Shown here one piece after another: positions 13,904 to 28,078 of a stretch of 64,000 bases of DNA. The DNA is taken from assembly GCA_963693365.1 (NCBI GenBank), contig CAVNZM010000006.1, forward strand, positions 3,100,001 through 3,164,000, read 5' to 3'. The notes below the pieces were generated by a model. It had not been told where the DNA came from and made no database searches. It saw nothing but the letters and a program-made list of their open reading frames with translations. The translations under genes and the position numbers were made by a program. Numbering within the stretch: the first letter of the stretch is position 1; the number at the start of each line of letters is the position of its first letter. Source of the stretch: Amoebidium appalachense (lineage: Eukaryota; Protista; Ichthyosporea).

Positions 13904-14177
13904 ATTGTGCGCGTGTGTGTGTTTGATTAGCAAACTTTTTTAGAGCAAAATGACACACGACACACAAAATTTGTGCACACGTGCACGACGTGTGTGTGTA
14001 TGTGTGTGTGTGTGTGTGTATCACAGCTGTTTGTGTGCGTGTGTTTTTGTGTGTGAGTGTGCGTGTGTGCAGATTGAGAGCGTGTGCGTGGGCATGTGCG
14101 TGTGCGTGTGCGTGTGCGTGTGTATGTGCAAGGGTGCATGTGTGCATGTGTGTGTGTGTGTGTGTTTGTCATGATCA

Positions 14178-14238
<61 letters not shown>

Positions 14239-14360
14239 CCCGTGTACATACGTGTGTGCGCGTGCGTGCGTATGTGTGCGTGCATGTGCATGTGCATGTG
14301 CATAAGCCTTTCGCGATTGCGTGAGCTTGGGTGTATGTGTTTATGTATGTGTGCGCGTGC
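13650..14360. repeat. Compound (GT)n microsatellite block
   Basis: Multiple long GT dinucleotide runs with GC/GA interruptions. Confidence 0.95.
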
Positions 14361-15052
14361 GAAAAGCAGGGGCGTGCACATACGGTATATGGTCGTCATT
14401 GTAATTTCATGCTTCAAATTAATTCATCTGTGCTGTGGATAGTTGTCTAATCTCGCACTATCTGGGCAGCGGCACAGGCAGCTTGCAATGCCAAAATATA
14501 TGTATGTAATAAGGCGATACAAAGCAGAGGATAGTGCCAATCACAAAAAACACGTGGCAGCTCAGTACATATCTGCAGTGAAAACATGGTTTTTACAGTG
14601 TTAATACCTAGCCAATAGGCACAGTATTAGCCAAATTTCTCCCTATATAGTTTAGTTGTATTGCTACAGCTTAACTGTCGATTTTAAAGGAAACACAACA
14701 ACCATGCCGGCGGAAGTCTAAGTCGGGGGGAATGGATAGTTCGACATAGTATCTAACAATAAACCAAGGGAACCTAGATATCATTTAACATACATACATA
14801 AGCTCGAAACATCATAAATGTACCGCTAAAACCGAAGAAGTGTTTAATATTTCCCTAGGATTACATACAGACTCTCAGACTGGTGGACGACCATCCAATC
14901 TGGCAGGTGATAAAGGACAAAATCAAAACAATAACAACAATACAATCAAAACTGTAGGCATAAAATTACACTCAAAACCATAACAATAAATACAATCAAC
15001 AACAATCAAAGCCAAAAAAACGACACCAACATTCATCATATTAGCTACGTAT

Positions 15053-16817
15053 CTACTGCTGCTGCTGCGGCTGCATCTGCTGCAACAAAGCCTTCAGTCT
15101 TTCGCACCGTGCATTCCACACTTGTGTCCTCTGTGTGTGTGACATATAGTTTGCATTCACCTGTGCGGTAAATTGCTGTAGCTGCGCCTGCATGTTTGGG
15201 TCTGCCTGCATATTCTGAAGCTGTGTGTATGCGTTCTGCAGCTGCGCCCTCTCAGCAATCAGTGATTGTTGCTCCTGTGCGATTATCTGCTTCTCTTGCT
15301 CTATGAGCTCCGGCGTGATCTGTCCTTGTTGCTGTTGTGCCTGTTGTTGTTGTTGTTGCTGTTGCTGTTGCTGTTGTTGTTGCTGTTGTGCAGCCTGGGC
15401 CTGCTGTTGTTGCTGCCACAGTGCACGTTGCTGCTCCTGTTGCCGTTGTTGCTCGTTCTGTTGCTGTTGCTGTGCCGCTGCGTGCTGCTGTGCGACCTGT
15501 TGTTGCCGTTGTTGCCACAGTGCCTGTTGTTGTTGCTGTTGTGCAGCCGCCTGCTGCTGTTGCTGCCAGGCCGCCTGTTGTGCTGCCTGTTGCTGCTGGA
15601 CCTGTGCTTGCTGGTGTTGTTGCTGTGCTTGCTGCTGCTGTTGCTGTGCCGCCTGGGCCGGTTGTTGCTGCCACTGCACACGTTGCTGCTCTTGCTGTTG
15701 CTGTGCCTGCTGCTGCTGTGCCGCTGCCTGCTGCTGCTGGTGCTGCCAAGCCGCCTGTTGCTGTGCTTGTAACTGCGCTTGCTGCTGTTGCTGTGCCTGT
15801 TGCTGTTGCTGTGCCTGTTGTTGTTGCTGCCACAACATCTGCTGCTGCTGCTGTGTTGCCGCCTGCTGCTGTGCACTCTGGCCTTGCTGCTGCCCCCACG
15901 CCTGCGCACCCACCTGTCCCCCTTGTCCCCCTTGCCCTCCCCCCTGCAGCATCTGCACCCTCATGTTCTCCAACACCTGATCCAACCGTGCCCTATAAGC
16001 CTCCATCTGCTGCTGCTGTTGTGCACCAAGCACCTCCGCCTGCTGCTTGGCCACCTCTGGGTCCAATGCACCCCCGTACTGCGCCTGTTGCTGCCTGAAT
16101 GCCGTCTGCTGCATGTAGTGTTGCTGTCTCAACTGGGCCAACATCTGCACGTGCTGTGTGTGTTGTTGAAGCAAAACCTGTTGCTGCTGCGCCGTCAAAA
16201 CTCCCTCCCCCGCACCCGCACCCGTGCCCGCTCCCCCACCCGCCGCTGTTGCCGCTCCGCCTCCCATGTTCTGTTGTTGTTGTGCCGCTGTGTTCTGATT
16301 TGCTGCCTGGGGTGAAGCCTGTGTTCCTTGAATCACGGGCGCCTGCATGCCACCAACACTACTCGACCAACCCCCACTGCCCCCAAACCCAGCCACCGCA
16401 GGATCAGACTTAACATCCTGTGTCAAGGCAGATGACCACCCCATGCTGTTCGTCGCCTGTGCCCCATTCTCCGTCGTAACATCTTGCTTCGCGCCGCTTA
16501 AAAACCCGTCGGTGGTGGTGGGTTGTGTGACTGTTTGGGACCAGCCGCCCATCGATTGTGATTGCGAAGGCTGGGGGTTGACTTGAGGTGAAGATACGGA
16601 GGAGGGTTGGGGGGAAGCACGTGCACCCATTGCACCCGGTGTGGTTATGGGGGGGGTAAAGGCGCCAGTTCCCACTAATGGGCTTGCTACGGCAGGGGTG
16701 GAGGGAGCACGGGGAGGGGGTGGGGGTGGGGGTGGGGGATGGGCCGGCGGGAAGAAGGTTGTCGAGTTTTTCGTATTCGACGGTGGCTTCCTTGATACGG
16801 TCACTGAGCCCATGCAG

Positions 16818-16908
<91 letters not shown>

Positions 16909-18599
16909 GGGGGGGGGGGGGGGGGGGGGGGGAAAGAGGGGGAAGAGGGGCGGGGGCGGTTAGAATGTGGTACACGAATTGAGGCACAAGCTGACAACAG
17001 AGAACACCATGTGCACACAAAGCATCAGCTTAAGTAGGGCCTTAGCTCCCCCCGCGGGTGCGGGGAGGGGGGGGGGAGGGGGGGGGGGGAGGGGGAGGGA
17101 GGGGGCTGTGCAATATTCAGAGAGGGTGAATGGGAGAGGCGCATCGGAAGGAAGACGGGAAGAAGGGGGGTTGGGGGGAGGGGGGGGGGGGGGGGGGGGG
17201 AGGGAGGCCTGCCACGATGTCACCAAAAACCAACTAGAGCATATCTTAATAGGCCCTCAAAACAGCAGAATAAGCAGAGATCGCTCTGAGGGGAATGGTG
17301 GAAGGGGATACGAGCAACCGACAGGCGGAGTGTTACAGAATGGGCGGGAAATAGAAATGGCACCGAAGGGCTGGTTATTATTAGCAACAACTTGGTTCAT
17401 GCTGGTTGCCAGGAAACCAGTCGTCAGTAGTTGGTGGTGGAATGAAGATGGGAAAAAAGCTGGCTCAGAGGGTGCCCAGGAGAAAAGTGGAGGGCCTTGG
17501 GGGGGGGGGGGGGGGGGGGGGGGGAGGAGGGGAGGGAGGGAGAGAGTGAGAGACGGGGATAAGAGAGTGAGTGGGTGGGTGGGTGGGTGAGAAGGGGAGG
17601 GGGAGGGGGGAGAGCGAGAGCCTGCGGGAGGGAGGAAGAGAGAGGGATGAAGAGAGAAAGAGGTGTGTGTTTGTGTGTGTGGGGGGGGGGGGAGGGGGGG
17701 AGAAGGGGGTGACAAGCTGGAGGGAGAGAGCAAGAGGGGACGTAAAAGTAAAAAGCAGCGGTGGGAGGGAGAGAGGGGGGGTTTGAATGCGGAACACAGT
17801 ACGAAGTACGCATACACGATGAGAAGCATGGTGCAGGAACATGCAAAGGCAAACATTCAAGTATGCAGCATCAGCCATGCGCACAGTATGCGTCATAAGC
17901 AGAGCCCATCCTCAGGGAGGGCCCAAGTCATCAGGGAGAGAGGGGGGGGGGGGGAGAGAGAGAGAGAGAGAGGAATAGAGAGGGGAGGGGGAAAGGGGGA
18001 GGGGGGGGTGGAATAGAGAGGGAGAGGGTAAAAGAGAGGAAGGGGGCAAGCCACACCTCGTTGCCACTGCTTTCCTATTCTCCCTCAGATTCTGAATCTC
18101 TTCCTCACTGAACTTAGACGCAGCCTCTGGCTCCAGCAGGCACCTATCCAGCAACGTGAACACTTTGGTGATGGCCTCGTCAAGACCTAGCCGGTAGAGC
18201 TTCTGCGCGCGAAAGTAGGAAAAGCACCTGGAAAAAACGATAGCGATGGGATATGATTACGAGAAAACGTGAAAAAACATCAGTTCACGAATTTATGGTA
18301 TAAAAGCAAACATATATGCACTCCCCCCCCCCCCCCCCCCCCCTCTCACATATCGCCCCTTCTTCGGTACAGGTCAGAGGCAGGTGACGGTTAGGGTAGC
18401 CAAACAACGATGTCCCTAACACATCTTTCTAAATTCCTCACTTTTCTTCAATGTTTCACCTCCCTCAACAATACTAAACAGGTCAAGACTTATATGTCGT
18501 CCACACACACCAACATTCAAGGCGTGTAAGCGCTACAAGGCATGATATGCACATAATCAAACTGCTATACCTATATCCTTACATACAATTTCTATCGAT

Positions 18600-18660
<61 letters not shown>

Positions 18661-19401
18661 ACACGGATGCAAACATAAACACACACACACACACGGACAC
18701 ACATACACACATAGCATATTATAAACTTGTATAAACACCGTGTGTTTCCACCAAAACAAGACTGGTGCCTGACGGAACAGAAAGAAAAACGAATGAGCAG
18801 GTAAGACTGCACAAAGACAAACCCCAAAATGACTCTCCACACAATACTCCACTATCCGCCCAATTTACCAGTACCAAACCCTATGTGTGCGTGTCGCGTG
18901 AGGCACCTCTTCAACACCTCCCTTGCCTTCTCCCTTTCCATCATTATCATATACCCCCCTCCTTCCCAGACCTCCCCGAAACACACACACAATCACGCAC
19001 AACAAGAAGAAACAAAAATACACACAAAGAATGAAAAAGACGTGTGCGTGCGTGCGTGTGTGTGTTTGGAGTGTTTCATAAACTAAGTATACGTGTGCGT
19101 GCGTCTCAAGAAATCAAGCTTTTCCTTTAACTTCTTCCACCAGGCCTTATTCCTTCTTCTTTGCGGTGGATCCAAGAAGACAAATAGGAAAGAAGAAGTG
19201 AGAAAACACTACTTACTGGCATCTTGCACGCACAATCCCATCCAAAGTTCCCGACTGCTTCGCCGTCTCCACAATCTGTGCGTCCGCTCTCACCAACACA
19301 AGTAGCTCGTTGTTTGATCTCTCTATGTCCAGTTCTAGAGCGTCGGCTTTCCCCCTCACCTCAGCCAAAAGGTTGTACGCTTTTTCTAACTCGTTGGCCA
19401 T
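15053..19401 (-). CDS. BAG-domain-like protein with a long Gln/Ala-rich low-complexity region
   Basis: Exons 19401-19217, 18227-18057 and 16818-15053 are phase-compatible. The spliced N-terminus ...YRLGLDEAITKVFTLLDRC...IQNLRENRKAVATRLHGLSDRI resembles BAG helices 2-3 (E..LD..R..RK..V). One frameshift in the G/C runs at ~16711-16745 is needed to enter the polyQ frame. Confidence 0.7.
17782..17936 (-). mobile_element. Dispersed repeat family X copy (BAG gene intron)
   Basis: Reverse complement reads CCCTGATGACTTGGGCCCTCCCTGAGGATGGGCTCTGCTTAT...GTACTTCGTAC..GCATTCAAACCCC. Confidence 0.8.
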
Positions 19402-20469
19402 GTTTTCGTTTTCAAAAGCAGTGTGCGTGTGTGTTTGTAGTTGACTAAAGGATGGTTACCGACCCAATCACTCCAAAAAAAACTAGAAAAAAACAAGCAC
19501 TTGCAAAACGTGAGTAAACAAACAGTGCCGCAAAGCCAGCATTAGGAGGTGCGCGCCGGCCCATAGTAACAGGATGCAGCCCAATGATTGGTTGATTTTC
19601 CTCCTTATCACCCCGCCATCAGCCCCATGCATGCTTGTCCAGTTGGCACATGTGCATGTTGCAATTAAGTGTGTAAGATTGTGTGTGAACACGTCACATA
19701 CCGACGTGGACTGCTGTGGGTCCAAGTGGGCACACTTGCGTCACGCGCGCCAATATTTATGTTGGTATGTGTGCATATGTCGAGAGTTCCCTCCCAGCTA
19801 CAGTATTGATATCAGTATGTATTTGTGACGATCGGACCGCCGAGACGCACATGCACACAACTATTATTGAATGTTTATGAGGCCCAAAAGTTGTATGTGT
19901 GTGTTTATGTGTTATTTGTTGTGCTCTTGTGTTCATTGAACGTGTTTGTGTTTTGGGATTGGGGTGGTGCGCGCATGTGGGATGTTGAACAATGGTTGCA
20001 TTTTCTCAGTCGTGGCCACCACGTGCACACTTTCATAATTTGTTGCATGCATGTGCATACGAATTTCATATGTTATCGTCTTTGTGGGTTTTACGAAAAG
20101 AGTTCTATCACATGCACATAAAAATAATCAACATAGTTTGAACCATACTAGCGAACATAGTACCCATACTGTGCTATTTGTACAAAATATATCACGTGTC
20201 CCACAGGAGAATAACTATGGTTACGAAGACTCTCGGAACAAAAACGACAATTGCAAACAGTTCTGGGAAGAATATTCAAAACCATCCCAGTAAAGTTAGT
20301 TATTGATAACAAGACCATGGCATACAGCTTCGAAAACGAAGAAAGCGAAGTTACGAAATGAATTTCAGAAAACAACTGCAAATGCTTTTCTAACTAAATC
20401 TAAAGGGAATTACGCTACGACGTATGCAAAGACCCGTCATTCAAATTTATCATCAAATACGGCAAACAC

Positions 20470-21167
20470 TCAGAACACAGGCCGGTTCAGCACGTCAATA
20501 ATCGCACGCAGTGTCGGGAACGTTTCGGCAACATTCGGCAATGCCGCCCATTCCTTCTCATCCACACGGGCACGTGCAGGGTACATCCACGGCGTAAGCA
20601 CAGACCGGTAATCCTCGGGTGTAGGGCGCAATATCCCCTCCCAATCCATCTGCAGTCCAGTAGGCACAGGGCCGTTTATCTCGTATCCCAGCGCAAGCAT
20701 GGTACCATGCAGAGCCACAAACCCGCAAGCAGCAGTGCCCCGTGAGAGGGGCATGAAGTGGTACCAATAGAAGGACATTGCTAGCACGAGGTCGGAGCAT
20801 AGGTCAATGTTTTGGTCGTTAGTTGTTGCTGCTGTGCACAGTTGGGTGAAGATGTGGTCCAGTTCGGATGCAAACTCGTTCCAGCGAGGGGGTGTGCCGG
20901 GTGTCTTGATGGCTACGTCAAAGCCATCGGGTTCGTGCAGCTGCAGAAAGTAATGATAAGAGCGAGTGAGTAGTGTTATGGGAGTGGTGTGTGTGTGTGT
21001 GTGTGTGTGAATGTCCCTCCCCCCCCCCCCCCCCCCAAAAAATGCCCCTCTCCTGCTCCCCCCCCCCCCCCCCCTCGGTGTCCTCGCCCTGCCCCCTCTC
21101 CCTTTCGTTTCTTTTCTTTCTTTCTTCTTTTTTTTTGGGTGGTGTGTGTGTGTGTGTATGTAAGGAA

Positions 21168-21198
<31 letters not shown>

Positions 21199-22117
21199 GA
21201 TATCTACGGACATGTCGTCTGGACAGGGTGGGGTGGTGGGGAAAAATTGGGGGATTTCAACCGGGGTGGAGTACAGAGCCTAAGAAGGGAAGGAAGGAGA
21301 AACAGGAAACGAGAGCTGAGTATCGACTTTCAAATGGATTTGGTGTGTTGGACTTGCGCAAAAAATGGTGTGTGTGTGTGCGCGTACGTGTGTGTGCACA
21401 AGTGTGTGTGTGCGTGTTTGTGTGCACGTGCGCGTACGTGCATTCGTGGGGACACACACAGTGCTTGTGAGAAGACGCCAGGGGAAGGGGGGAGGGAGAG
21501 AGATAGAGAGGGAGAGGGGGGGGAGGATCAGCACCTGGACTGTGAGCCGTGTGCCCTCCATGACGTGGCCCTGAACCTTTGACGAGTGGCACGGGGTGAC
21601 GACATAGAAGTCCCTGTGCACCACGTCGTACAGCTCTTTGAAGTCACGCGCCGCATTCACCTGCATCCTCTGCGCCTGCGTGAGCTGCTGCTGCAACGGC
21701 AGAAGTTGCTGGATCATCTGGAAACTTCTCTGGATGTATGGGTGGTACCTCACCACCTTGCTCTGGCCAATCAGCATGGGCGTATGCGAGCCAAACCCTT
21801 CCTCAAACTGTTCCTCCGTGAGTTTGTCCACCCACCACACCGGGTCGTTTGGTTCGCTGTATTGTCTCCATTTGACGGCAATGTCGAAGAGATCTCTCCA
21901 CCCAAACACGTGGGGCCCACGTGCACCCGTGCTCAGGCGGTTGTTGACAATGTAAGGGGTGCCTGTGCGTAGACCAGTCCACACCTTCTGCAGCGTCTGT
22001 GCTACCTCCAGAATCGCCAGACCGACCTGTGCGTGTGTTCGTGTGTGTGTGTGTGTTTGGGGGGGAGGGGGGGGGGGGGAGGGGGAGGACAAGTAGGGAG
22101 AGGAAGATGAGAGGGAA

Positions 22118-22160
<43 letters not shown>

Positions 22161-22253
22161 GGGAGGGGAGAGGGGGAAGGGGATGGGTATAGTTGTCAGT
22201 CATCAAGTGCGTATAACGTCACTGGGGGTGGCAACAGGGGACGAGAGGAAGAA

Positions 22254-22291
<38 letters not shown>

Positions 22292-22994
22292 GGGCAGGGG
22301 AAGCAGGAGTTTATCTACTGGTGTGTGTAAAAGAGTAGGCATTTAGAATCACCTGTTACCACGTCTTAATTCCATTCTTGCCGGGTGTGTACTACCGTGT
22401 GCTAAAATAACACTATGATCTAGAGGTGTGCTTGCCATAGTCCATCAACGAGACCATAGGTGTAGGGTGATTGTGCATCGATTATGGCTATAGCCCCATG
22501 AAGGAAAAGGAGAAGGAAAGGGGAAAAAAGAGAGGGGAAGAAGAAGGGTAGAATCATCTTGCCATCCTCCCCACCACCCACACGCTCACAAAAAAAAAAA
22601 AAAAAAAACCCCCGAAAAACTGGAGGAGCAAAAAAGGAGCCCCGGGCAGGGGGAAGGAGGAGGTGGTGTAAATTTACCTGGCGTTGCTGCTTTGCGTTCT
22701 TTAGGAAACCAGGGGTGTTGTACTGTATGCGCTGGCCCAGCCTCGTGGCCATGTTTATCAGTGGCCCAACCGCCTCCATATTGTAAGGAGGGGGCAAGGT
22801 CAGGTCCACATCGGGTACGGTGGGGTCGTAGGGGGGCTGGCGGGGCACATCGATGGTGGAGAGGGGGGCCTTTTTGCACCAGCCCTCCTTGAGAAGGGGG
22901 AGAGGTCCAGGTCCATACTGTAGTCGGTGACGGGTAGGTCTAGCCGGTGGTGCCAGAAGAGGCACACCTGTAATGTGTGTGTGTGTGTGTATGT

Positions 22995-23030
<36 letters not shown>

Positions 23031-23169
23031 TGGGTAGGTGGGTGGGGGGGAGGGGGAGGGGGGGGGGAGGAGGAGGGGGAGGAATTGTGTGTGTGTGTGT
23101 GTGTGTGTGTGCTTGCGCGCACGCATGCATGTGTTTGGCTAGAGGGAGGTTTGGTGTGTATGTGTGTGT

Positions 23170-23220
<51 letters not shown>

Positions 23221-23720
23221 GGGCGGAGGATGTGTATGTGTATGTGTGTGTGTGCGTGTGTGTGTGTGTGTGTGGTGGGAATGCATTTAACAGTCAGAAG
23301 TCGGTAAACAGGAGAGCTGGAAACCCATGTCCAACACCCGGTCAACACCCATCAACCCAATTACAACACATGCAAACCCGCCTAAGATACCAGTCGAGTT
23401 TGTGACCATATACCGGGCTCGATATGCACATAATAGGTGACGGTTTGGGCAAGCCGGGGGTTTTCCATCATTCACTACATACATGTCAATGCACAACATT
23501 GGTTTTTGTTCTTCTACAAGCAAAGGTCTAAACCAGAAGAAAGGACGTGCTGCTATTGCTGTCAGTGGTGCAGGCTGATGGAAAAAGGAAAGAAACAAAA
23601 CAGGGCACATTAGGAAAGGGAGTTTGGGGGGGGGGGGGGGGGGGGGGGGGGGGTGGACGTGCATGCCACGTGTGACTCCCTTTTTCTTCTCTGTCCTTAC
23701 TTTTCATCCTTTTTAGTTGT

Positions 23721-23758
<38 letters not shown>

Positions 23759-23813
23759 TATGCATGACATATGTGTTTTCCTTTCTCTTCTCTTTCCTTA
23801 CTTTCTTTCCCTC

Positions 23814-23867
<54 letters not shown>

Positions 23868-24002
23868 GGGGGAGGGGGATGCCTGGCATGCATGCTTTCC
23901 TCTTTCTTCCCCGTAACTTCCTCTCCGTCTGTTTAAGGGGGAGGAGGAGAGAGGAGGCGGGAAGAGGCGGGGAAAGGGAGGATAATTGGGGAAGGGAGGG
24001 AT

Positions 24003-24035
<33 letters not shown>

Positions 24036-25408
24036 GGGTTCACAGGAAAGCATACCTCGCACTGGTATGCGCCCATGTGGTTGGGGTTAATCTTTATCAG
24101 TGTGTCATAGCTCTTCATGGCAGCCTTAAACATGCCCAGGCCGTGCTCACTCACTGCACGCATGCACCACGACTCCTGTGCAGCACCATTGTATGATAGG
24201 CCCTTCACTAGCGTGGCACGTGCCGCATCAATGGCTCCCACACCGTAGTGGAGCATGGCCAGCTGGTGGTAGTACTGTGTGCATGTGCAAACAGTGGTCA
24301 GTATGCGTGTACTGTGTGTATGTGCAAACAGTGGTCAGTATGCGTGTACTGTGTGCATATGCAAACAGTGGTCAGTATGCGTGTACTGTGTGCATATACA
24401 AACAGTGGTCAGTATGTGTGTACTGTGTGCATATGCAAACAGTGGTCAGTATGCGTGTACTGTGTGCATATGCAAACAGTGGTCAGTATGCGTGTACTGT
24501 GTGCAGACCACCTGAAGGACGTCCATGGTGTTTGTGACACGTGCATGTAGCAGGTATAGTACCTGTGCCGGCAATGGACATAAGAGGTGGTCCTTTGATC
24601 ACCAGCAAAAGGAAAAGTCAATGAAAAAGAAAAGCAGTGGCACACCCGTATGCATGTGTGCATATGTGGTGTGGAAAGGGGAAGGGGGAAGGGGGGCGTC
24701 TACGCAGGACACGGTACGAAAAAGTTCGGGCCATAATGTGTATGTGATTGAGGGTTACGCAAATCATGCAACATAAGCACCGTTCAACCTCAGGGGGAGG
24801 TGATGGGTTTCTACAAAAAAGAGAGGGATGAGGCAGGGACGAGGGGACGTGCGGGGGGGGAGAGGGGCTAAGGTGGGATGGGGGCAAGGGGTGGAGGGGT
24901 GGGTGAGTGCGTGGGTGGGTGGAGGGGTGGAGGGGGGGGGGGGGGGGGGGGGGGGGAAGAGGGGGGACGAGGAAAGACAAATAGCAACAACAACACACCT
25001 TGTCAGTTGGTGTCTTTTCCACAGCCACAGTGAAGTACTTGAGCGACCTATCATAGTCCCCCCAGTCCTTCATACACTGGCCCATGTGCGCATACAGGTC
25101 CGCATTGTCAGCATCAAGAGACGCCGCACGCTCATAACTCCTCACCGCGATATCACACAACCCCATGCTGTTCTCGCACAGTCCCCTCACGTTCCACACC
25201 TGCCTGCCCACTTGTGGTTCTTTCTCGCACACGTTTGTCTTATCCATTATGTCGGTGGCCTTGGCGACGTACAGAAGAGCCTTTTTGAAGTTGCGCTGGC
25301 GGTGGTAGACGAGGGCTAGCTGGTGGTAGGTGTCGTAGTCGAGGGCGGGCTGGAGAGAGGTGGCCTAAAAGGGGGTGATGTGCTCAGTAGGCGGATAGAA
25401 TGGATTGG

Positions 25409-25443
<35 letters not shown>

Positions 25444-25911
25444 CTCACACGGACAACGTGTGCCTGTGTGTGCGCTGCAAGGGGAGAAGGGGGGCGAGGT
25501 GGAGGGAAGGGGGGAGGAGGGAGAGGGAGAGCGGGTGGGGGTGGGGTGGGGGGAGCACGGTTTTCAAGCTGACAGGGGAGGATATATGCAATGGGGGGGG
25601 TGTATACTCAGCAGGAATGCAAAATGATGGCAATCGGCGCAAACGAAAAATTCGAGCCCAGAACAAATGGGGAGTAGATGAGTTTGGGAAGGCGGACATC
25701 AGGGGAACGAGAGTAATAGTGGCATCTATTTTTTCCTTTCTTACACGTATGTGCACGTGTGTGAATCAGCGTGCGGGTGCAAGTGCAAGAGAGTGTTTGT
25801 CCGTGTGTGAGAGTGTCTGTTCGTGTGTGTGTGTACGTGTACGTGTATGTATGTATGTATGTATGTATACGTGCGTGTATGTGTGTGTGTGTGTGTGTGT
25901 GCGTTGCGTGT

Positions 25912-25942
<31 letters not shown>

Positions 25943-28038
25943 GGGGGAGCAGGGTTGTGAGGTGCCTATACTGTCTTTGATTCTTTCCTTCTTTCCTTCT
26001 CTTCTTTCTCTTTTCTTTTTTCTTTTTTTTTTACCTGCAGGTAGTCGGCTATTGCGTCCTTCTCCCTGCCCAGTGCGGCTCTGACCTGGCCCCTCCTCTT
26101 CCAGCTGTCGTAGTATGCCCGGTTGATGTTGATGGCCGCTGTGAAGTCCTCGTCGGCACGCTGCAGCTCGTTGATGATGGCATACCCAGTGCCCCTGCAC
26201 ACAGTGAATAGGCCGTCAGAGGGGAACTACTGTGCGCACTGCTATAAACCACTGCTTGCAATATTGTGTGCACAACTATTGCACCACTGTGTGCACTACC
26301 GTGTGCAGGACATGTGCATTCAAGGCCGAAATGGGGGTATTTCACTACTGGGATAACACAAGTCCAGGCATGTCATGCATACGGTGTAACATCATGTGGT
26401 CAACCTCCCCCCCTGCCCTCTCCTCCCCCACTCCTGCACACACACACACACACGGACTCCTCACAAGTTTTCTCCGTCTCCCCACCCTCCTCCCCTTCCC
26501 GCCCCTCTACATCACCACACCCATTCGACCTCCTCCCCCTCCCTCCCCCCCCCCCCCCCCCTCTGCCCCCCCTTCCCCCCCCCCCCCCTCCCCCGAAAAA
26601 AAAAGAAAAACCGATCTCTCCTTGTGGACCACAATACCGCAAACATTCCTACACCTTCCCTCATCTTCAACATCCCCCCCCCCCCCTCCCCCCCCCCCCC
26701 CCTTCTCCCCTCTTCCGCCTCCCACAACACACACAACAACCACATGCACCCACTCACCCACCCTGCCCCATTGTTGGCACACATCCAAACCCTACAATGA
26801 TTAAAAAGAACTCACACACGTATACACGTATATGCCCGGTATTGCCCCCCCCCCCTCCCCCCCCTTCTCTCCACTGGGTTGGGCATGCATACCTCTGAAA
26901 GCTCCCTCAACCTAACCCTTCCCCTGGACCCTCTCCCTCCCCCCAACCACCACCCCCTCCCCTCCCTACCGCCCCCCCCCCCCCCCCCCCCCCCTCCCAA
27001 CCACCCTCCGAATCCCCCCACCCCTCCCTCGTTCCCCTCCCCACCCACCCACCCACCCACCCACCCATACTCCCCCTCAACACCCCCACCACCCACCCAC
27101 TCCCCCCCCCCACCCACACCCACCCCCTCCCCCAACCCCAGCCCACCGTACCCACCTGCCCAAGTAAGCCGCCAGTAGAGTCTTATCCTTTTCCAGGAGG
27201 TCCGAGAACAAACGTATTGCCTCAGCGATTCTGTTTGAGTTGACCAGCATGTACCCCTCTGCTATCTTTTTGTCCACGTCCACACGGCCTACCCCGTTCT
27301 GCACAACACCCATGGCTGCTACCTTGGCTAGAGCCTCCGCACTCGCCTCTGGTGTGATTTGTGACTGTGTCTGCACGTGCACATGTGTGTGAGTGTAGGT
27401 CTCCCTCATGTCGAGATGAGTAGGGAAGAGGGGAATTAGTGTGTGTGTGTGCGCGCGCGTGTGTGTGAGGGGGTGGGGGGCAGGGGAGTAGGGGAGGGGG
27501 GCGGGGGTAGGGGCGCATTAAGACGGGGGGTGGGGGGCGGAGGGGGGACGGGGAGAGGGGGAGTTTGAATGCGTCGTCATTAACACTAAGTACACAGTTA
27601 CAACGGACAACACAATGCAGAGTGCAAACCACACATAAAGAGTATGCATAACAAGCAGAGCCCATCGTCGGGGGGAACCCACGTCATCCACCGTATGCAA
27701 GTTTCAACCAATTCACCTCGTCAACGAAACCCAACTCAGATATTGTTTCACTTGAACATGGGGGGGTCGAGGGGGGTCGGGGGGGGGGGGGAGGGGGAGA
27801 TGCAGCCTGGGCAACCAAGGGTGAGTAGGGGTAGTGTGCGTGTACGATTGTGCACGTGAAGGATTTGTGTTGTGCCCGGTAACAGCTGGTATTAAACCTA
27901 AAATAATGGCCTTTGTCTGAGGTAAGAAGTGAGGCAGAGTAGTGTGGGCTAAAAAGCGAAAATAAACCCGTGTCTTACTCAAACGTTGCCCCATCTCCAA
28001 CATACACATGCACCCCCTCCACCCCCATCCCCCCCCCC

Positions 28039-28078
<40 letters not shown>

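Noticed and set aside
15225-16413. Poly-Cys/Leu/Val-Ala ORFs on the + strand
   Set aside because: Antisense shadows of the CAG/CAA-rich polyQ exon.
4197-22900. Pseudogene status for the GT15, BAG and TTC13 genes
   Set aside because: Lesions occur only at homopolymers while motifs and splice phases are conserved; assembly error is more likely.
24272-24505. 37-bp repeat resembling a CRISPR array
   Set aside because: Units are directly tandem with no unique spacers, there are no cas genes, and the context is a eukaryotic intron.
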